This document shows positions 1 to 10,963 of a stretch of DNA of 64,000 nt, in pieces (the stretch's first letter is position 1; each line of letters starts with the position of its first letter). The notes beneath the pieces were generated by a model. It made no database searches. It saw only the letters and a list, made by a program, of their open reading frames with translations, and was not told the origin of the DNA. The DNA lies in contig JACNFK010000020.1 of assembly GCA_014384675.1 (NCBI GenBank), forward strand, positions 3,954 through 67,953, given 5' to 3'. This DNA comes from Candidatus Thiopontia autotrophica. GTDB lineage: Bacteria > Pseudomonadota > Gammaproteobacteria > GCF-002020875. Made by a program: the position numbers and the translations under genes.

Positions 1-688
1 CGGCATACATCACCGCAACCCGGTCAGCCATCTCTGCCACAACCCCAAGGTCGTGAGTAATAAGCAGGATCGCCATCCCCCGCTCTCTCTGCAGGCGCCG
101 CAACAGCTTCAGAATCTGTGCCTGAATAGTTACATCCAGTGCGGTTGTGGGCTCATCGGCAATCAGGATATCAGGCTCCGCCGCAAGTGCTATGGCAATC
201 ATCACCCGCTGTTTCATTCCACCGGAGAGTTGATGGGGATAGATATCAATCCGTTGTGCCGGATCCGGCAGGCCGACATCCTCTAACAGCTCAATTACCC
301 GCCTGCGTTGCTCCGCCCCCTTTACCCCAAAGTGGTGCTGTAGTACCTCGCCCACCTGGTCGCCTACACTCAGTACCGGATTGAGAGAGGTCATCGGCTC
401 CTGAAATATCATCGCAATACGTCTGCCACGAACCTTGCGCATCTTGCGCTCTGGCAGATCAAGCAGATTCTCTCCATCCAGCAATATATCGCCACGCAGT
501 CGTGCCAGTGGAGCCTCTGGAAGCAGCTGCATTATTGAGAGAGCAGTAATTGATTTGCCACATCCGGACTCGCCCAGCAGGGCAAAGGTCTCCCCATTGT
601 TGATCTCCAGCGACACCCCGTCTACAGCCCGAGCAGCTCCATGCCGTGTATAGAACCAGACCTGAAGGTTGGATACCTTGAGACTCAT
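1..688 (-). CDS. ABC transporter ATP-binding protein (YejF/DppD/OppD family), 3' end cut by window edge
   Basis: Reverse-strand translation from the ATG at 688 reads MSLKVSNLQVWFYTRHG.... It has Walker A GESGCGKS, ABC signature LSGGMKQR and Walker B ILIADEPTTALD. It is absent from the ORF track because it runs off the window. The start overlaps the stop of the upstream permease gene by 4 nt. Confidence 0.85.
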   Translation of the reverse strand, partial: MSLKVSNLQVWFYTRHGAARAVDGVSLEINNGETFALLGESGCGKSITALSIMQLLPEAPLARLRGDILLDGENLLDLPERKMRKVRGRRIAMIFQEPMTSLNPVLSVGDQVGEVLQHHFGVKGAEQRRRVIELLEDVGLPDPAQRIDIYPHQLSGGMKQRVMIAIALAAEPDILIADEPTTALDVTIQAQILKLLRRLQRERGMAILLITHDLGVVAEMADRVAVMYA

Positions 689-2124
689 CTCTCTCCTCTC
701 TGCAGACGAGGATCAAATGCCTCTCGTACCACATCGGAGAAGAGATTTGCCGCTAACACCAGAGTGAACATGAAGAGGAACGATGCCAGCAGCGTCCACC
801 AGACCACCGGTTCTCTTGCCATCTCGAGGCGAGCCCCATTGATCATGTTACCCCAGCTATACATGGTGGGATCAACTCCGACCCCCACATAGGAGAGCAC
901 AGCCTCGGCCAATACCAGACCACTGAAATCAAGCACTACCGAGATCAGCACTACATGCATCACGTTGGGGAGGATATGACGGGTGATGATACGCAGATTC
1001 TTCACCCCAAATGCATGGGCAGCCGTGATGTAGTCCATCTCGCGCAGCTTGAGAGTCTCTCCGCGTAGCAGTCGGCAGAGGCCGGTCCAGCTGGTAACCC
1101 CGAGGATAATGCAGAGGAAGAGCAGTCTCAGATCGGCACGCTCCTCGGTGGTCTCAAAAAGTGCGGCATTATTGTCTATATAGACCTGAATCATCAGGAT
1201 GGCTGCGGCAATCAGCAGCACCCCTGGAATAGAGTTTAGCGTGGTGTAGATGTACTGAATCGCATCATCTATCCAGCCCCGGAAGAAGCCGGCCATGATC
1301 CCCAACAGAATCGCAAATGGAAGCATGATAAGGGTGGTCAGAGTTCCAATCACCAGCCCTGTACGTATACTCTTTACTGCCTGGTAAAAGACATCCTGCC
1401 CCACTTTGTCGGTTCCAAGTATATGGTACTTAACCCCGATCTGAATGGAGAGCATCACCAGTATTGAGACTATGGCTGTGATCAACAGAACTGTTTTCCA
1501 TGGGGTCGCTGTATCTCCTCTGGTGACATCCGCCATCCAGCGCAGAGAGGACCGGTCACCCCGTTTCCTGCTGATCAACAGCGCCAATAAAAGAGCAATT
1601 CCAATCCAGAGCAGCACCCCCTTGACAGTGCCCAACATAAGATTATCAAGAAGGTCAGCGCCGCGCTGCTGGGGATCTTGCAGATGGGCGCCACCAGATT
1701 TCAGTCGCGGGAAGTCACGATTTACTGCGCCATCTGGAGCCTCCACCATCTCTCGCACATAGAGATGTGTTGCCATGGGTGCCGAGTAGCTCTTTTCACT
1801 ATTTTCTCGCAACCCACCAACCGTCCAGTCCAGCAAGGTTCTGGCCTCAACCGCATAGTGAACCTCCTCTCCCTGCTCACCCTGTTCCATAGCTGGACGA
1901 TAGTGAATGGAATCCATTAACCCTATCACTACATACACCAGTAACACCACAAGTGACCCCATGGCCAGTCGGCTTTTTGCCACCCGATGCCACGGCTCCA
2001 GCAGATGTGGGTGTTTACGGGTGTGTGAGACTCCAAAAAAAATGACTGCAACCAGTAGCCAGATCAACATGTCTGTCCAGAGGAAAAGTGGCTTGCCCCC
2101 AATCCAGGCGTATATCTCAGCCAT
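685..2124 (-). CDS. peptide/microcin-type ABC transporter permease (YejE/DppC-like) with extended N-terminal region
   Basis: 479-aa ORF with multiple hydrophobic segments and a binding-protein-dependent transporter inner-membrane fold; the C-terminal half resembles DppC/YejE. It is translationally coupled to the flanking genes. The true start is uncertain. Confidence 0.75.
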   Translation of the reverse strand: MAEIYAWIGGKPLFLWTDMLIWLLVAVIFFGVSHTRKHPHLLEPWHRVAKSRLAMGSLVVLLVYVVIGLMDSIHYRPAMEQGEQGEEVHYAVEARTLLDWTVGGLRENSEKSYSAPMATHLYVREMVEAPDGAVNRDFPRLKSGGAHLQDPQQRGADLLDNLMLGTVKGVLLWIGIALLLALLISRKRGDRSSLRWMADVTRGDTATPWKTVLLITAIVSILVMLSIQIGVKYHILGTDKVGQDVFYQAVKSIRTGLVIGTLTTLIMLPFAILLGIMAGFFRGWIDDAIQYIYTTLNSIPGVLLIAAAILMIQVYIDNNAALFETTEERADLRLLFLCIILGVTSWTGLCRLLRGETLKLREMDYITAAHAFGVKNLRIITRHILPNVMHVVLISVVLDFSGLVLAEAVLSYVGVGVDPTMYSWGNMINGARLEMAREPVVWWTLLASFLFMFTLVLAANLFSDVVREAFDPRLQRGER

Positions 2125-3101
2125 TACGACAGCCTCACCCGTGGATCAACCAGGGTATAGGAGAGATCTGTCAGTAGCAGCCCGATGATGTAGAGCACGG
2201 CCCCGAGGAAAACCATCGCACGGACAATGGCAAAGTCCTGGGCATTGATAGCCTCGATGGTGTAGCTACCAAGCCCGGGAATTCCAAAAAATGACTCCGT
2301 AATCAGGCTTCCCATAAAGAGCAGAGGCAACACAACCACCGCACCGGTAAGGATAGGGATCATCGCATTTCTCAGCACATGGTGAAACAGCACCCTGGAC
2401 TCTGGCAACCCCTTGGCACGGGCAGTACGAACATAATCTTTTCCCATCTCCTCAAGAAAGATGGTGCGATACCAGCGGGTCCCTGAGCCGATGCCCGAGA
2501 TCACCCCTATCGCCACCGGCAGGATCACAAATCGAAACGCATCCAGCCCCCCCTCATAACCGGATATCGGAACCAGATGCATCAGTTTACCAACCACAAA
2601 CTGCCCACCAATAATGTAGAAAAGACCAGAGATAGACATCAATACTACCGTCAGCACCACTCCCGAGAGATCAAGGTAGGTGGCACGGAAAAAGACCATC
2701 AACATGGCAAAGGTGATATTAGTGAAGAGCCCGATCATGAAGATGGGCACAGCTATTGCCAGACTTGGCCCCATTCGCTGTCTGATGTCTCCTCCAATAT
2801 TGCGTCCATCATCAGCCACCCCAAAATCAAAACGGAAGAGTTTGACGGACTCGGAGACAATCAGGGTATCGGTCATCTTTTCACTACCGGACGCCGCCTC
2901 GTTCCAGAGTAGTGGACGGTCATACCCCCTCTCCTGTTTCCAGTTCTCTATCGCCTCCTCGGTTACGTGCTTCATCCCCAGATGCATACGTGCCATGTCA
3001 TCAGGGGTGTTGACCACAAAGAAGAGGAAGAAGGTAAGCAGGTTGACTCCAACCAGAATCGGGAAGGCGTAGAGAATGCGACGCAGAATGTAGTTCAACA
3101 T
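2124..3101 (-). CDS. ABC transporter permease (YejB/DppB-like)
   Basis: The ORF track gives 2124..3158. The internal start MLNYILRRILYAFPILVGVNLLTFFLFFVV matches the conserved N-terminus of the DppB/YejB family, so I place the start at 3101. It is polytopic. Confidence 0.8.
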   Translation of the reverse strand: MLNYILRRILYAFPILVGVNLLTFFLFFVVNTPDDMARMHLGMKHVTEEAIENWKQERGYDRPLLWNEAASGSEKMTDTLIVSESVKLFRFDFGVADDGRNIGGDIRQRMGPSLAIAVPIFMIGLFTNITFAMLMVFFRATYLDLSGVVLTVVLMSISGLFYIIGGQFVVGKLMHLVPISGYEGGLDAFRFVILPVAIGVISGIGSGTRWYRTIFLEEMGKDYVRTARAKGLPESRVLFHHVLRNAMIPILTGAVVVLPLLFMGSLITESFFGIPGLGSYTIEAINAQDFAIVRAMVFLGAVLYIIGLLLTDLSYTLVDPRVRLS

Positions 3102-3114
3102 ATCTTTACCGTGC

Positions 3115-5331
3115 TCATTCAATAACCTCCAAACGCCCCGCCTCTGTAGAACCAACATGCTCCACTGTTCTCAGTGATGAGTTCTCTTTGCGGCGCACAC
3201 CCAACCATGCCGGCACCACCATAATCAACAGCAATAACCCTCCTCCCCACAGAGGCCAGAGCACTGGGCGGTTCCACTCGTCACGCAGCCTGGCACGCTC
3301 GCCCTGATCAACACGCACATATTTCAGGGTGTTGTTAGCCATAAGATTTGGCTTGGTATTTTGATACCAGCGGTGGTAGAGACCAAAATTCTTGGGGTGA
3401 AAACCCCATACCCATGGTGCATCATGCTGCAGCAGGGAGACCATCCTTTTGATTATCTGCTGCCGCTGAGGACTGTTCTCCATATTCTTCATCTGTTCAA
3501 AGAGGAGATTGAACTCGGGGTTATCATAGTTGGATGCATTCTCTCCACCCTTGCCAATTTTGGCATTTGGTCCATAGAGGAGAAACAGAAAGTTCTCGGG
3601 GTCAGGGTAGTCTGCATTCCATCCCCATAGATAGATCTGGGCGCTACCAGTACGAATCTTGTCCTGAAAACGGTTGTAGTCGGTATTACGAACCACCAAC
3701 TGTAGATCTATCTTCTCAAACTGCTTTCGATACCAGTCCATGCGTGCCTTGTCATCCGGGCCGCTGGCAGTTACATCAAAATAGAGGGTTAATGGCTTGC
3801 CGCTCTCCTGGTCACGTCCTTTTGGATAACCGGCCTCGGCCAACAACTGTTTAGCCTCATCCAGCGAACGCCGTTTTGGCTTGCCACCACTCCAACTGTA
3901 GACTGTCTGATTAACCCCGCTTCTCCCCTCTTGATGGCCAAAAATCCCGGCTGGCAGTGGCCCTTGGGCAGGAATACCTCGCCCATTTGCAAAAATTGAG
4001 ATGTACTCCTCGTAATCCACAGCTATTGAGATTGCCTGACGCAGCTTTCTGGCCTGTTCACTATCCCCACCAATAACCGAATCCACCATATTGAATCCCA
4101 TATAGTAGATTGAGGTAGATACAGATGTCTGCAGACGCATGCCCTGTTGCTCCATCTCACCACTCAACTCTGCCTCACCAGCTGAAGAGAACTGTACTGC
4201 CTGATCAAAACTGTCCGAGCTGATCCCGGATGAATCATAGTAACCCTGCAGAAACTTGTTCCAGTAGGGAATGGTCTCTTTTTCCAGACTAAACTCAATT
4301 CTGTCAAGAAACGGGATCTGTTTTCCTGCATCAACCAGCAGATCACTCTCATGGTCACCAGGCTCACCCTCAACGGGGTAATAGTCGGAGTGGTAATTTG
4401 GATTACGCTCCAAAACCATCTTGCGATTTGGGTTGTTTACCGTCAGCATAAATGGGCCTGTTCCCACAGGGTACCAGTCGAGAGTTATATTTTTCTCATG
4501 AAGCAGTGGATTAGAGTAAAAACGGTCTGCCTCCCACGGCATGGGGGCAAAAAATGGCATCGCCATCCAGTAGAGAAACTGGGGGTATTTTCCATTCACC
4601 TTGATCCGGTAAGTTTGTGAATCCACCACCTCAACCCCCTCCAGGGAAAATTCTCTCAGATCCAGCCACTCTTCCGGGTTGTTGTCTCTGGTCTCCTTCA
4701 GAGCATCTCGCAGATCACCAAGACCGACAATATGCTCTCTCATCAGACCAAAAATCGGAGAGTGGAGCGATGGATGGGCCAGCCGTTTTATCTGATAGAC
4801 ATAATCTGCTGCTGTCAGCAGCCGGGAATCACTCTCTGCGAAATCAGACATCTTCTCGATTCCAGCCAGCTCGTCCTCGGTCAGATCACCATAACGCACT
4901 CCACCATGCTCATCTTTTGCAAAAGCTGGATGTGGCTGATAGCTGACCCCATCTCTTATCGAGATCTCGTATAGAGAGTAGGCAATCTCTTCCACCTCAA
5001 CATCTCCTGGAAGCTCATTCCCATCCTTGTCCAGATAGGTGACCTGCGGCATTCTGGAGGCGGTTAGTGGCTCCAGTTGATAGGGTCTCTTCAGATAGTG
5101 ATACTGCAGTGGAGGCTCATATATCTGCCCAATAAAGGTGTACTCATTGGAGCTATAGGAACGTGCCGGATCCAGATGCTTGGGGCGCCCCGAGAATGAC
5201 GAGTAGAGCACCTGCTCCTCCAGCCCATCTTGAGGGTACGGATTATTCCAGTTAGCCTGGAGGGCAGAAGATAGTAGCCAGCCGCACAGGGCAACAGACA
5301 ATTCCCATCTTTTTATCCTGTTACTTCTCAC
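3115..5331 (-). CDS. periplasmic solute-binding protein, family 5 (YejA-like, long form)
   Basis: The ORF track runs to 5541 with no plausible N-terminus. A GTG at 5331 gives MRSNRIKRWELSVALCGWLLSSALQA, a clear signal peptide. The body resembles large oligopeptide/microcin C-type SBPs. The C-terminus carries an unusual hydrophobic stretch, WPLWGGGLLLLIMVVPAWLG. Confidence 0.7.
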   Translation of the reverse strand: MRSNRIKRWELSVALCGWLLSSALQANWNNPYPQDGLEEQVLYSSFSGRPKHLDPARSYSSNEYTFIGQIYEPPLQYHYLKRPYQLEPLTASRMPQVTYLDKDGNELPGDVEVEEIAYSLYEISIRDGVSYQPHPAFAKDEHGGVRYGDLTEDELAGIEKMSDFAESDSRLLTAADYVYQIKRLAHPSLHSPIFGLMREHIVGLGDLRDALKETRDNNPEEWLDLREFSLEGVEVVDSQTYRIKVNGKYPQFLYWMAMPFFAPMPWEADRFYSNPLLHEKNITLDWYPVGTGPFMLTVNNPNRKMVLERNPNYHSDYYPVEGEPGDHESDLLVDAGKQIPFLDRIEFSLEKETIPYWNKFLQGYYDSSGISSDSFDQAVQFSSAGEAELSGEMEQQGMRLQTSVSTSIYYMGFNMVDSVIGGDSEQARKLRQAISIAVDYEEYISIFANGRGIPAQGPLPAGIFGHQEGRSGVNQTVYSWSGGKPKRRSLDEAKQLLAEAGYPKGRDQESGKPLTLYFDVTASGPDDKARMDWYRKQFEKIDLQLVVRNTDYNRFQDKIRTGSAQIYLWGWNADYPDPENFLFLLYGPNAKIGKGGENASNYDNPEFNLLFEQMKNMENSPQRQQIIKRMVSLLQHDAPWVWGFHPKNFGLYHRWYQNTKPNLMANNTLKYVRVDQGERARLRDEWNRPVLWPLWGGGLLLLIMVVPAWLGVRRKENSSLRTVEHVGSTEAGRLEVIE

Positions 5332-5428
5332 TATGTCTGTGTAAAATTGGATTACTACAAGCTCTGTTGAAAGACTGGATAATACCAGAATAAAAACCGA
5401 ACGATTGGACAGTATACGAGGATTTGTA

Positions 5429-6229
5429 ATGGGATTTATGCAAGGTAAAAAAGTGCTGGTTGTTGGTGTAGCCAGTAACCGTTCTATTGCCTGGGGTATT
5501 GCCAAGGCGATGCACCGTGAGGGGGCCGAAATTGCCCTCACCTATCAGGGTGATAAACTGCAGGGCCGAGCTGAAAAATTTGCTGCCGAGCTTGGCAGTG
5601 ATATTACCATCCCCTGTGATGTCTCCAGCGATGACCAGATCAGGAAGACATTTGAGACTCTTGCTACCCATTGGGACGGACTGGACTGCCTGGTGCACTC
5701 AGTAGCTTTCTCACCAAAAGGGGAGCTTGATGGCCGTTTTATCGACTCGGTAACTCGTGAGGGCTCCAAGGTTGCCCACGATATCAGCTCTTATAGTTTT
5801 GCCGCACTGGGCCGTGAGGCCCTGCCGATGATGGAGGGGCGCAAGGGCTCAATGTTGACCCTAAGTTACCTGGGTGCAATACGCTCCATTCCCCACTACA
5901 ACGTCATGGGGCTGGCCAAGGCCAGTCTGGAGGCCGCTGTACGAGCAATGGCTGCCGACCTTGGGCCTGATGGAATTCGCGTTAATGGCCTCTCTGCAGG
6001 ACCAGTCAAGACCTTGGCGGCCAAGGGGATTGGTGACTTCAATCTGCTACTCGACTACTCGGAGAAAAACTCGCCACTACGCCGCAATGTGACAATTGAC
6101 GAGATTGGCAATGTTGGCGCCTTCCTCTGCTCTGATCTGGCTTCCGGAATGACCGGCGAGATCACCTATGTCGATGGTGGTTACAACACCACCGGAATGG
6201 CAACCTACGGAGTCAGGAAAGAGGATTAG
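5429..6229 (+). CDS. fabI: enoyl-[acyl-carrier-protein] reductase (NADH) FabI
   Basis: [40 protein letters not shown]... is near-collinear with E. coli FabI ([40 protein letters not shown]). Start set at the conserved MGF, 24 nt inside the track ORF. Confidence 0.95.
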   Translation: MGFMQGKKVLVVGVASNRSIAWGIAKAMHREGAEIALTYQGDKLQGRAEKFAAELGSDITIPCDVSSDDQIRKTFETLATHWDGLDCLVHSVAFSPKGELDGRFIDSVTREGSKVAHDISSYSFAALGREALPMMEGRKGSMLTLSYLGAIRSIPHYNVMGLAKASLEAAVRAMAADLGPDGIRVNGLSAGPVKTLAAKGIGDFNLLLDYSEKNSPLRRNVTIDEIGNVGAFLCSDLASGMTGEITYVDGGYNTTGMATYGVRKED

Positions 6230-6240
6230 GAGGGGTTTTT

Positions 6241-8163
6241 CTAGTTTAACTGATCCTCGTAGACCTTAATATCTGCCTGGTTACGCAGGCTGGCAACATA
6301 GCTCTGATAGTGACTTTTCACATTACGGTCTGCAAGCTCACGACGCATAACCTCTACCTGTTTGTCACCCATGGCCTCAAAACTACCATCCTCAACTGCC
6401 AGCAGTTCAATCAACGCATAACCACCTCCACGCAACTCGGTGCCAGCATACGCTTTCTGCCCCTTAAGCAGATTCACCTGAAATGCTCGTGCTACAACCT
6501 CTGAGGATATGGTTTTATCACTCCTGTTGATCTGTTCAACCCCGCTCCACTGCAGAGCCACACTCTCTGCAGCTGCGTCTGTGCCAACAGCACCACTCTG
6601 AATCTTGTCCAGAAGCTCCATTCCACTGTTCTTTGCAGTAGCCCTTGCGCGCTGGGCAAGAATTGCATCAACCACCTCTGCACGCACCCTCTCTAGCGGT
6701 TTTCTTGTTGCTGGACGGTGTTCACGCACTCTGACAACAACCATATGGTCCTCTGACAGCTCTATCGGATCACTATTCTTGCCATCTACCAAAACCATAT
6801 CTGAGAATGCTGCCTTGATTACTCCAGGGTTTGTGGCAACTCCATTAGTCGCCCCCTGGCGATTGAATAGCTCACTCTGCCTGACTACCAGGCCTGCGGC
6901 CTCTGCTGCCCCATCCAGTGAATCAGGCTGCTCATAAGCCAGATTGGCAATAGTCTCTGCATACTCAAAGAAGAGGTCCTCAGCAGTCTGGCGTTTTAGC
7001 TCTGCACTGAGTTCTCCGCGAACATCCTCAAACGTACGAATCTCTTCCGCCTGAATCTCATCCAGACGAATCAGATGAAAACCAAACGGAGTACGAACCG
7101 GCTCAGACACCTCCCCCACCTGCATGGAGAATACCGCATCATCAAATTCTGGAACCATCATGCCACGAGGGAAGAAGTCCAGATCACCCCCAGCAGCTGC
7201 GGATCCGGGATCATCAGAATAGTGTTCTGCCAGGGCCTCGAAAGAGTCTCCCGCAGCCAATTTGGCCTGCACCTCATTCAAACGAGCCTGAGCCGCTGCA
7301 GTGGCCTCCTCATCAGCCCCCTCCGCCAGCTCAATCAGAATATGTCGTGCATGACGCTCCTCATCTGCAAGCAGGCTCTCCTTGCGCTGCTCATATAGCT
7401 TCTGTAGTGCATCTACCTCAACCGGAACATCCCCGGCAAGATCTGCCACCGACAGTGAAATGTAATCAAGACTAACCTGTTCAGGAATCTCATAAGCAAC
7501 CGAGTTTATCTCGTACTGCGCAGCAATCTCATCATCTCCAACATCCTTGCTCTCAATCCTGTCAACTGATGCAGGAATAGTAAGCAGACGTAGTGAACGT
7601 TTCTGTTCTTGTAGACGCACAGCCTCACGCAGCTCACTCTCTGTTACAAAAGAGGCCTGACGAAAACCGGTAAGAAGCTGAGACTGCATCAGGTCAGAGC
7701 GTATTCTGCTCTCAAAAAATGGCTGGCTCATGCCCTGTGAGGAGAGAACCTGTTTGTAGATATCCTGACTGAATTTATCATCATTTCCACGAAAGGCCTC
7801 GGTACGCTGCAGCTGCCAGTAGAGCAACTCATCACCAATGCGGAAGCCATCACCATCTACTGCCTGATTCAATAGATCGTTTTCGATCATCGCATCCAGT
7901 ACCGCACGACGCATACGTGGATCTTCCAACATCTCCGGGCGATAATCTGCCCCCATCAACTGGCGCATTCTCTGACGCTGCTGCTGTAGCGAACGTTGAT
8001 ACTCATTTAGACTTATCTCTGTCCCATTTACCTCTGCAACAACCGCACCTGAACCCCCATCAAAATAGGAGTTAATGCCCCACAGTGCAAATGGAATAAT
8101 CAGCAACCCGACGATAACCCATGCAACCCAACTCTGTGCCTGATCGTGAATACTCTGCAACAT
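6241..8163 (-). CDS. ppiD: periplasmic chaperone / peptidyl-prolyl isomerase PpiD
   Basis: 640 aa with an N-terminal membrane anchor (WVAWVIVGLLIIPFALWGINSYF) and a parvulin-like segment (HARHILIELAEG). Its position downstream of lon matches the conserved tig-clpPX-lon-(hupB)-ppiD neighbourhood. Confidence 0.9.
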   Translation of the reverse strand: MLQSIHDQAQSWVAWVIVGLLIIPFALWGINSYFDGGSGAVVAEVNGTEISLNEYQRSLQQQRQRMRQLMGADYRPEMLEDPRMRRAVLDAMIENDLLNQAVDGDGFRIGDELLYWQLQRTEAFRGNDDKFSQDIYKQVLSSQGMSQPFFESRIRSDLMQSQLLTGFRQASFVTESELREAVRLQEQKRSLRLLTIPASVDRIESKDVGDDEIAAQYEINSVAYEIPEQVSLDYISLSVADLAGDVPVEVDALQKLYEQRKESLLADEERHARHILIELAEGADEEATAAAQARLNEVQAKLAAGDSFEALAEHYSDDPGSAAAGGDLDFFPRGMMVPEFDDAVFSMQVGEVSEPVRTPFGFHLIRLDEIQAEEIRTFEDVRGELSAELKRQTAEDLFFEYAETIANLAYEQPDSLDGAAEAAGLVVRQSELFNRQGATNGVATNPGVIKAAFSDMVLVDGKNSDPIELSEDHMVVVRVREHRPATRKPLERVRAEVVDAILAQRARATAKNSGMELLDKIQSGAVGTDAAAESVALQWSGVEQINRSDKTISSEVVARAFQVNLLKGQKAYAGTELRGGGYALIELLAVEDGSFEAMGDKQVEVMRRELADRNVKSHYQSYVASLRNQADIKVYEDQLN

Positions 8164-8195
8164 GGTCTGTTTCCTTCCTCAACAAAACTCAAAAA

Positions 8196-8235
8196 ATAGA
8201 TAAAAAAAGGGCGCACCTGAGATCAGGCACGCCCT
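8196..8235 (-). terminator. putative intrinsic terminator downstream of the tRNA-Val/tRNA-Asp pair
   Basis: On the minus strand, an imperfect GC-rich hairpin (GGGCGTGCCTGAtctCAGGTGCGCCC) is followed by TTTTTTT. Confidence 0.5.
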
Positions 8236-8242
8236 TGGTATA

Positions 8243-8319
8243 TGGCGGAGCGGACGGGACTCGAACCCGCGACCCCCGGCGTGACAGGCCGGTATTCTAA
8301 CCAACTGAACTACCGCTCC
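8243..8319 (-). tRNA. tRNA-Asp (anticodon GUC)
   Basis: Reverse complement GGAGCGGTAGTTCAGTTGGTTAGAATACCGGCCTGTCACGCCGGGGGTCGCGGGTTCGAGTCCCGTCCGCTCCGCCA. It is near-identical to E. coli tRNA-Asp, with anticodon loop CUGUCAC and an encoded CCA. Confidence 0.95.
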
Positions 8320-8341
8320 ACAATTTTTACAACACATTATT

Positions 8342-8417
8342 TGGTGGGTGCTGCAGGGATCGAACCTGCGACCCTCGCCTTGTAAGGGCGATGCTCTCCC
8401 AGCTGAGCTAAGCACCC
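8342..8417 (-). tRNA. tRNA-Val (anticodon UAC)
   Basis: Reverse complement GGGTGCTTAGCTCAGCTGGGAGAGCATCGCCCTTACAAGGCGAGGGTCGCAGGTTCGATCCCTGCAGCACCCACCA. Cloverleaf with anticodon loop CUUACAA and an encoded CCA. Confidence 0.95.
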
Positions 8418-8505
8418 TATCTGTCTTCAGATAGCGCGCGCTAGTCTACGATATACCATGACTCATTACTAGCTTAAATATCACTTTTATACTGTTTTTT
8501 TGCCT

Positions 8506-10950
8506 TTAGTGAGTCTGTCTAACAGATGACTCATGGCTGTTTTCCGCACCGCTACCGGACTCCTCTATTTTCTCGTCCTGCTGCTCTTTTTCGTCCAGTG
8601 GTTGCGGTGAAAACTGCAACGCAATCTCCAACACCTCATCAATCCATCTGACCGGTTTTACCTCAATGTCAGTGAGGATGTTTTCCGGAATCTCCTTGAG
8701 ATCCTTTCTGTTCTCTTCAGGTATCAGTACGGTAGTGATTCCACCACGATGAGCCGCCAGCATCTTCTCTTTCAACCCACCAATAGGCAACACTTCTCCA
8801 CGCAGGGTAATCTCACCTGTCATTGCTACATCTGCACGAACCGGAATACCGGTAAGCACGGAAACCAGTGCTGTACACATCCCTATCCCCGCACTTGGCC
8901 CATCCTTGGGAATAGCCCCTTCCGGCACATGGATATGGATATCACTTTTCTCGTAATAGGATGATTTGATTCCCAATGCGGAGGAGCGGCTACGCACCAC
9001 CGTCATCGCAGCCTGAATGGACTCTTTCATGACATCACCGAGCTGACCGGTCACCGAGAATTTGCCTTTTCCAGACATTACAGCCCCTTCTATGGTCAAC
9101 AACTCTCCACCAACCTCGGTCCATGCAAGGCCAGTAACCTGGCCAATCTGATCATTCTTCTCGGCCAGTCCAAAACGGAATTTTTTGACCCCAAGATAGT
9201 GCTCAAGGTTACGGATAGAGACAGATACCTTGCCCTTCTGCTCCTTGAGAACCAGCTCTTTGACCACTTTGCGTAATACCTTGGATATCTCACGCTCAAG
9301 ATTTCTGACCCCAGCCTCTCTGGTGTAGTGTCGTACCATCTGACGGACTGCACCAACACTTATGGTCACCTCTTTGGCCTTGAGACCGTTATCCTTCATC
9401 TGCTTTGGAATCAGGTACTGGCGCGCAATATTGAGCTTCTCCTCCTCGGTATAGCCAGGAATTCTGATCACCTCCATGCGATCACGCAGAGGGCCGGGTA
9501 TATTCATACTATTGGCGGTTGCCACAAACATCACATCAGAGAGATCATAGTCCACCTCAAGGTAGTGATCGCCAAAGGTGCTATTCTGCTCGGGGTCAAG
9601 CACTTCGAGCAGAGCCGATGCCGGATCACCACGAAAATCCATTGCCATCTTGTCTATTTCATCCAGCAGAAACAGTGGGTTTCTCACCTCCGCCTTGCTC
9701 ATATTCTGGATGATCCGACCCGGCATTGACCCTATATAGGTTCGCCTGTGCCCACGAATCTCAGCCTCATCACGAACCCCACCAAGTGACATCCGTACAA
9801 ATTTACGACTGGTAGCACGGGCAACTGATTGCCCTAACGAGGTCTTGCCAACCCCTGGAGGACCAACCAGACAGAGAATTGCCCCTTTGATCTTGCCTAC
9901 ACGCTTCTGTACTGCAAGGTACTCAAGAATTCTCTCCTTCACCTCTTCCAGACCGTAGTGGTCTTCATTCAATATCTTCTCTGCACGGGCCAGATCACCA
10001 CGAACTTTTGAGCTCTTCTTCCATGGAACGCCTATCAAGGTCTCAAGATAGGTACGGACAACTGCCGCCTCAGCAGACATGGGAGACATCATCTTCAGCT
10101 TCTTCAGCTCGGAGTCAGCTTTTGCCTGGGCCTCCTCTGACAGCTCGGCCTTCTTGATCTTTCCCTCCAACTCATCCATCTCGTTGGTTCCATCCTCAGA
10201 TTCACCCAACTCTTTCTGGATCGCCTTGATCTGTTCATTCAGATAGAACTCACGCTGATTACGCTCCATCTGTTTCTTGACCCTACCCCGCACCCTCTTC
10301 TCCACCTCAAGAATATCGAGCTCACCCTCCATGATGGAGAGAATATTTTCCATCCTCTCCTGCACATCGAAGGTCTCCAGCAGCTGCTGTTTCTCATCGA
10401 TTTTAAGCGTCATATGCGCCGCCACCGTATCACTGAGACGGCCAGGATCATCAATTCCAGCCAGTGAGGTCAAAACCTCTGGAGGAATCTTCTTGTTCAT
10501 TTTTACATAGTGTTCGAACTGACTCTGAATGGAGCCGGATAACAGATCAACCTCAACACCACCAACAATCTCTCCACGATGAACTGAAACCTGGGCACGC
10601 ATATACCCATGATCCTCATCGATATGGTGAATCAGTGCACGATTTTTACCCTCCACCAGAACCTTGACGGTCCCATCAGGCAATTTCAGTAGCTGGAGAA
10701 TGGTGGCAACTGTACCTGCATTAAACAGGTCGCTTATGGATGGCTCATTCTCAGTTGCACTCTTTTGTGCCACCAGAAGAATTTTTTTATTTTCCGCCAT
10801 CGCTGATTCCAGAGCCGCGATGGAACGGGGACGCCCAACAAATAGTGGGATCACCATATGTGGATATACCACAACATCGCGCAGTGGAAGCAGTGAGTAC
10901 TCCTGCATTAAAGGATCAACTGGAGCTACACTCTTGTCTTCTGTTCCCAT
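8506..10950 (-). CDS. lon: ATP-dependent Lon protease (LonA)
   Basis: 814 aa. The N-domain [21 protein letters not shown] matches E. coli Lon. Walker [10 protein letters not shown], protease-domain PKDGPSAGI with catalytic Ser, and an acidic C-terminal tail. Sits in the canonical tig-clpP-clpX-lon locus. Confidence 0.97.
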   Translation of the reverse strand: MGTEDKSVAPVDPLMQEYSLLPLRDVVVYPHMVIPLFVGRPRSIAALESAMAENKKILLVAQKSATENEPSISDLFNAGTVATILQLLKLPDGTVKVLVEGKNRALIHHIDEDHGYMRAQVSVHRGEIVGGVEVDLLSGSIQSQFEHYVKMNKKIPPEVLTSLAGIDDPGRLSDTVAAHMTLKIDEKQQLLETFDVQERMENILSIMEGELDILEVEKRVRGRVKKQMERNQREFYLNEQIKAIQKELGESEDGTNEMDELEGKIKKAELSEEAQAKADSELKKLKMMSPMSAEAAVVRTYLETLIGVPWKKSSKVRGDLARAEKILNEDHYGLEEVKERILEYLAVQKRVGKIKGAILCLVGPPGVGKTSLGQSVARATSRKFVRMSLGGVRDEAEIRGHRRTYIGSMPGRIIQNMSKAEVRNPLFLLDEIDKMAMDFRGDPASALLEVLDPEQNSTFGDHYLEVDYDLSDVMFVATANSMNIPGPLRDRMEVIRIPGYTEEEKLNIARQYLIPKQMKDNGLKAKEVTISVGAVRQMVRHYTREAGVRNLEREISKVLRKVVKELVLKEQKGKVSVSIRNLEHYLGVKKFRFGLAEKNDQIGQVTGLAWTEVGGELLTIEGAVMSGKGKFSVTGQLGDVMKESIQAAMTVVRSRSSALGIKSSYYEKSDIHIHVPEGAIPKDGPSAGIGMCTALVSVLTGIPVRADVAMTGEITLRGEVLPIGGLKEKMLAAHRGGITTVLIPEENRKDLKEIPENILTDIEVKPVRWIDEVLEIALQFSPQPLDEKEQQDEKIEESGSGAENSHESSVRQTH

Positions 10951-10963
10951 GGAGTATTAGGTA

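Noticed and set aside
8179-8415. 78-aa - strand ORF
   Set aside because: Its reading frame is made of the two tRNA genes (tRNA-Asp, tRNA-Val), so it is not coding.
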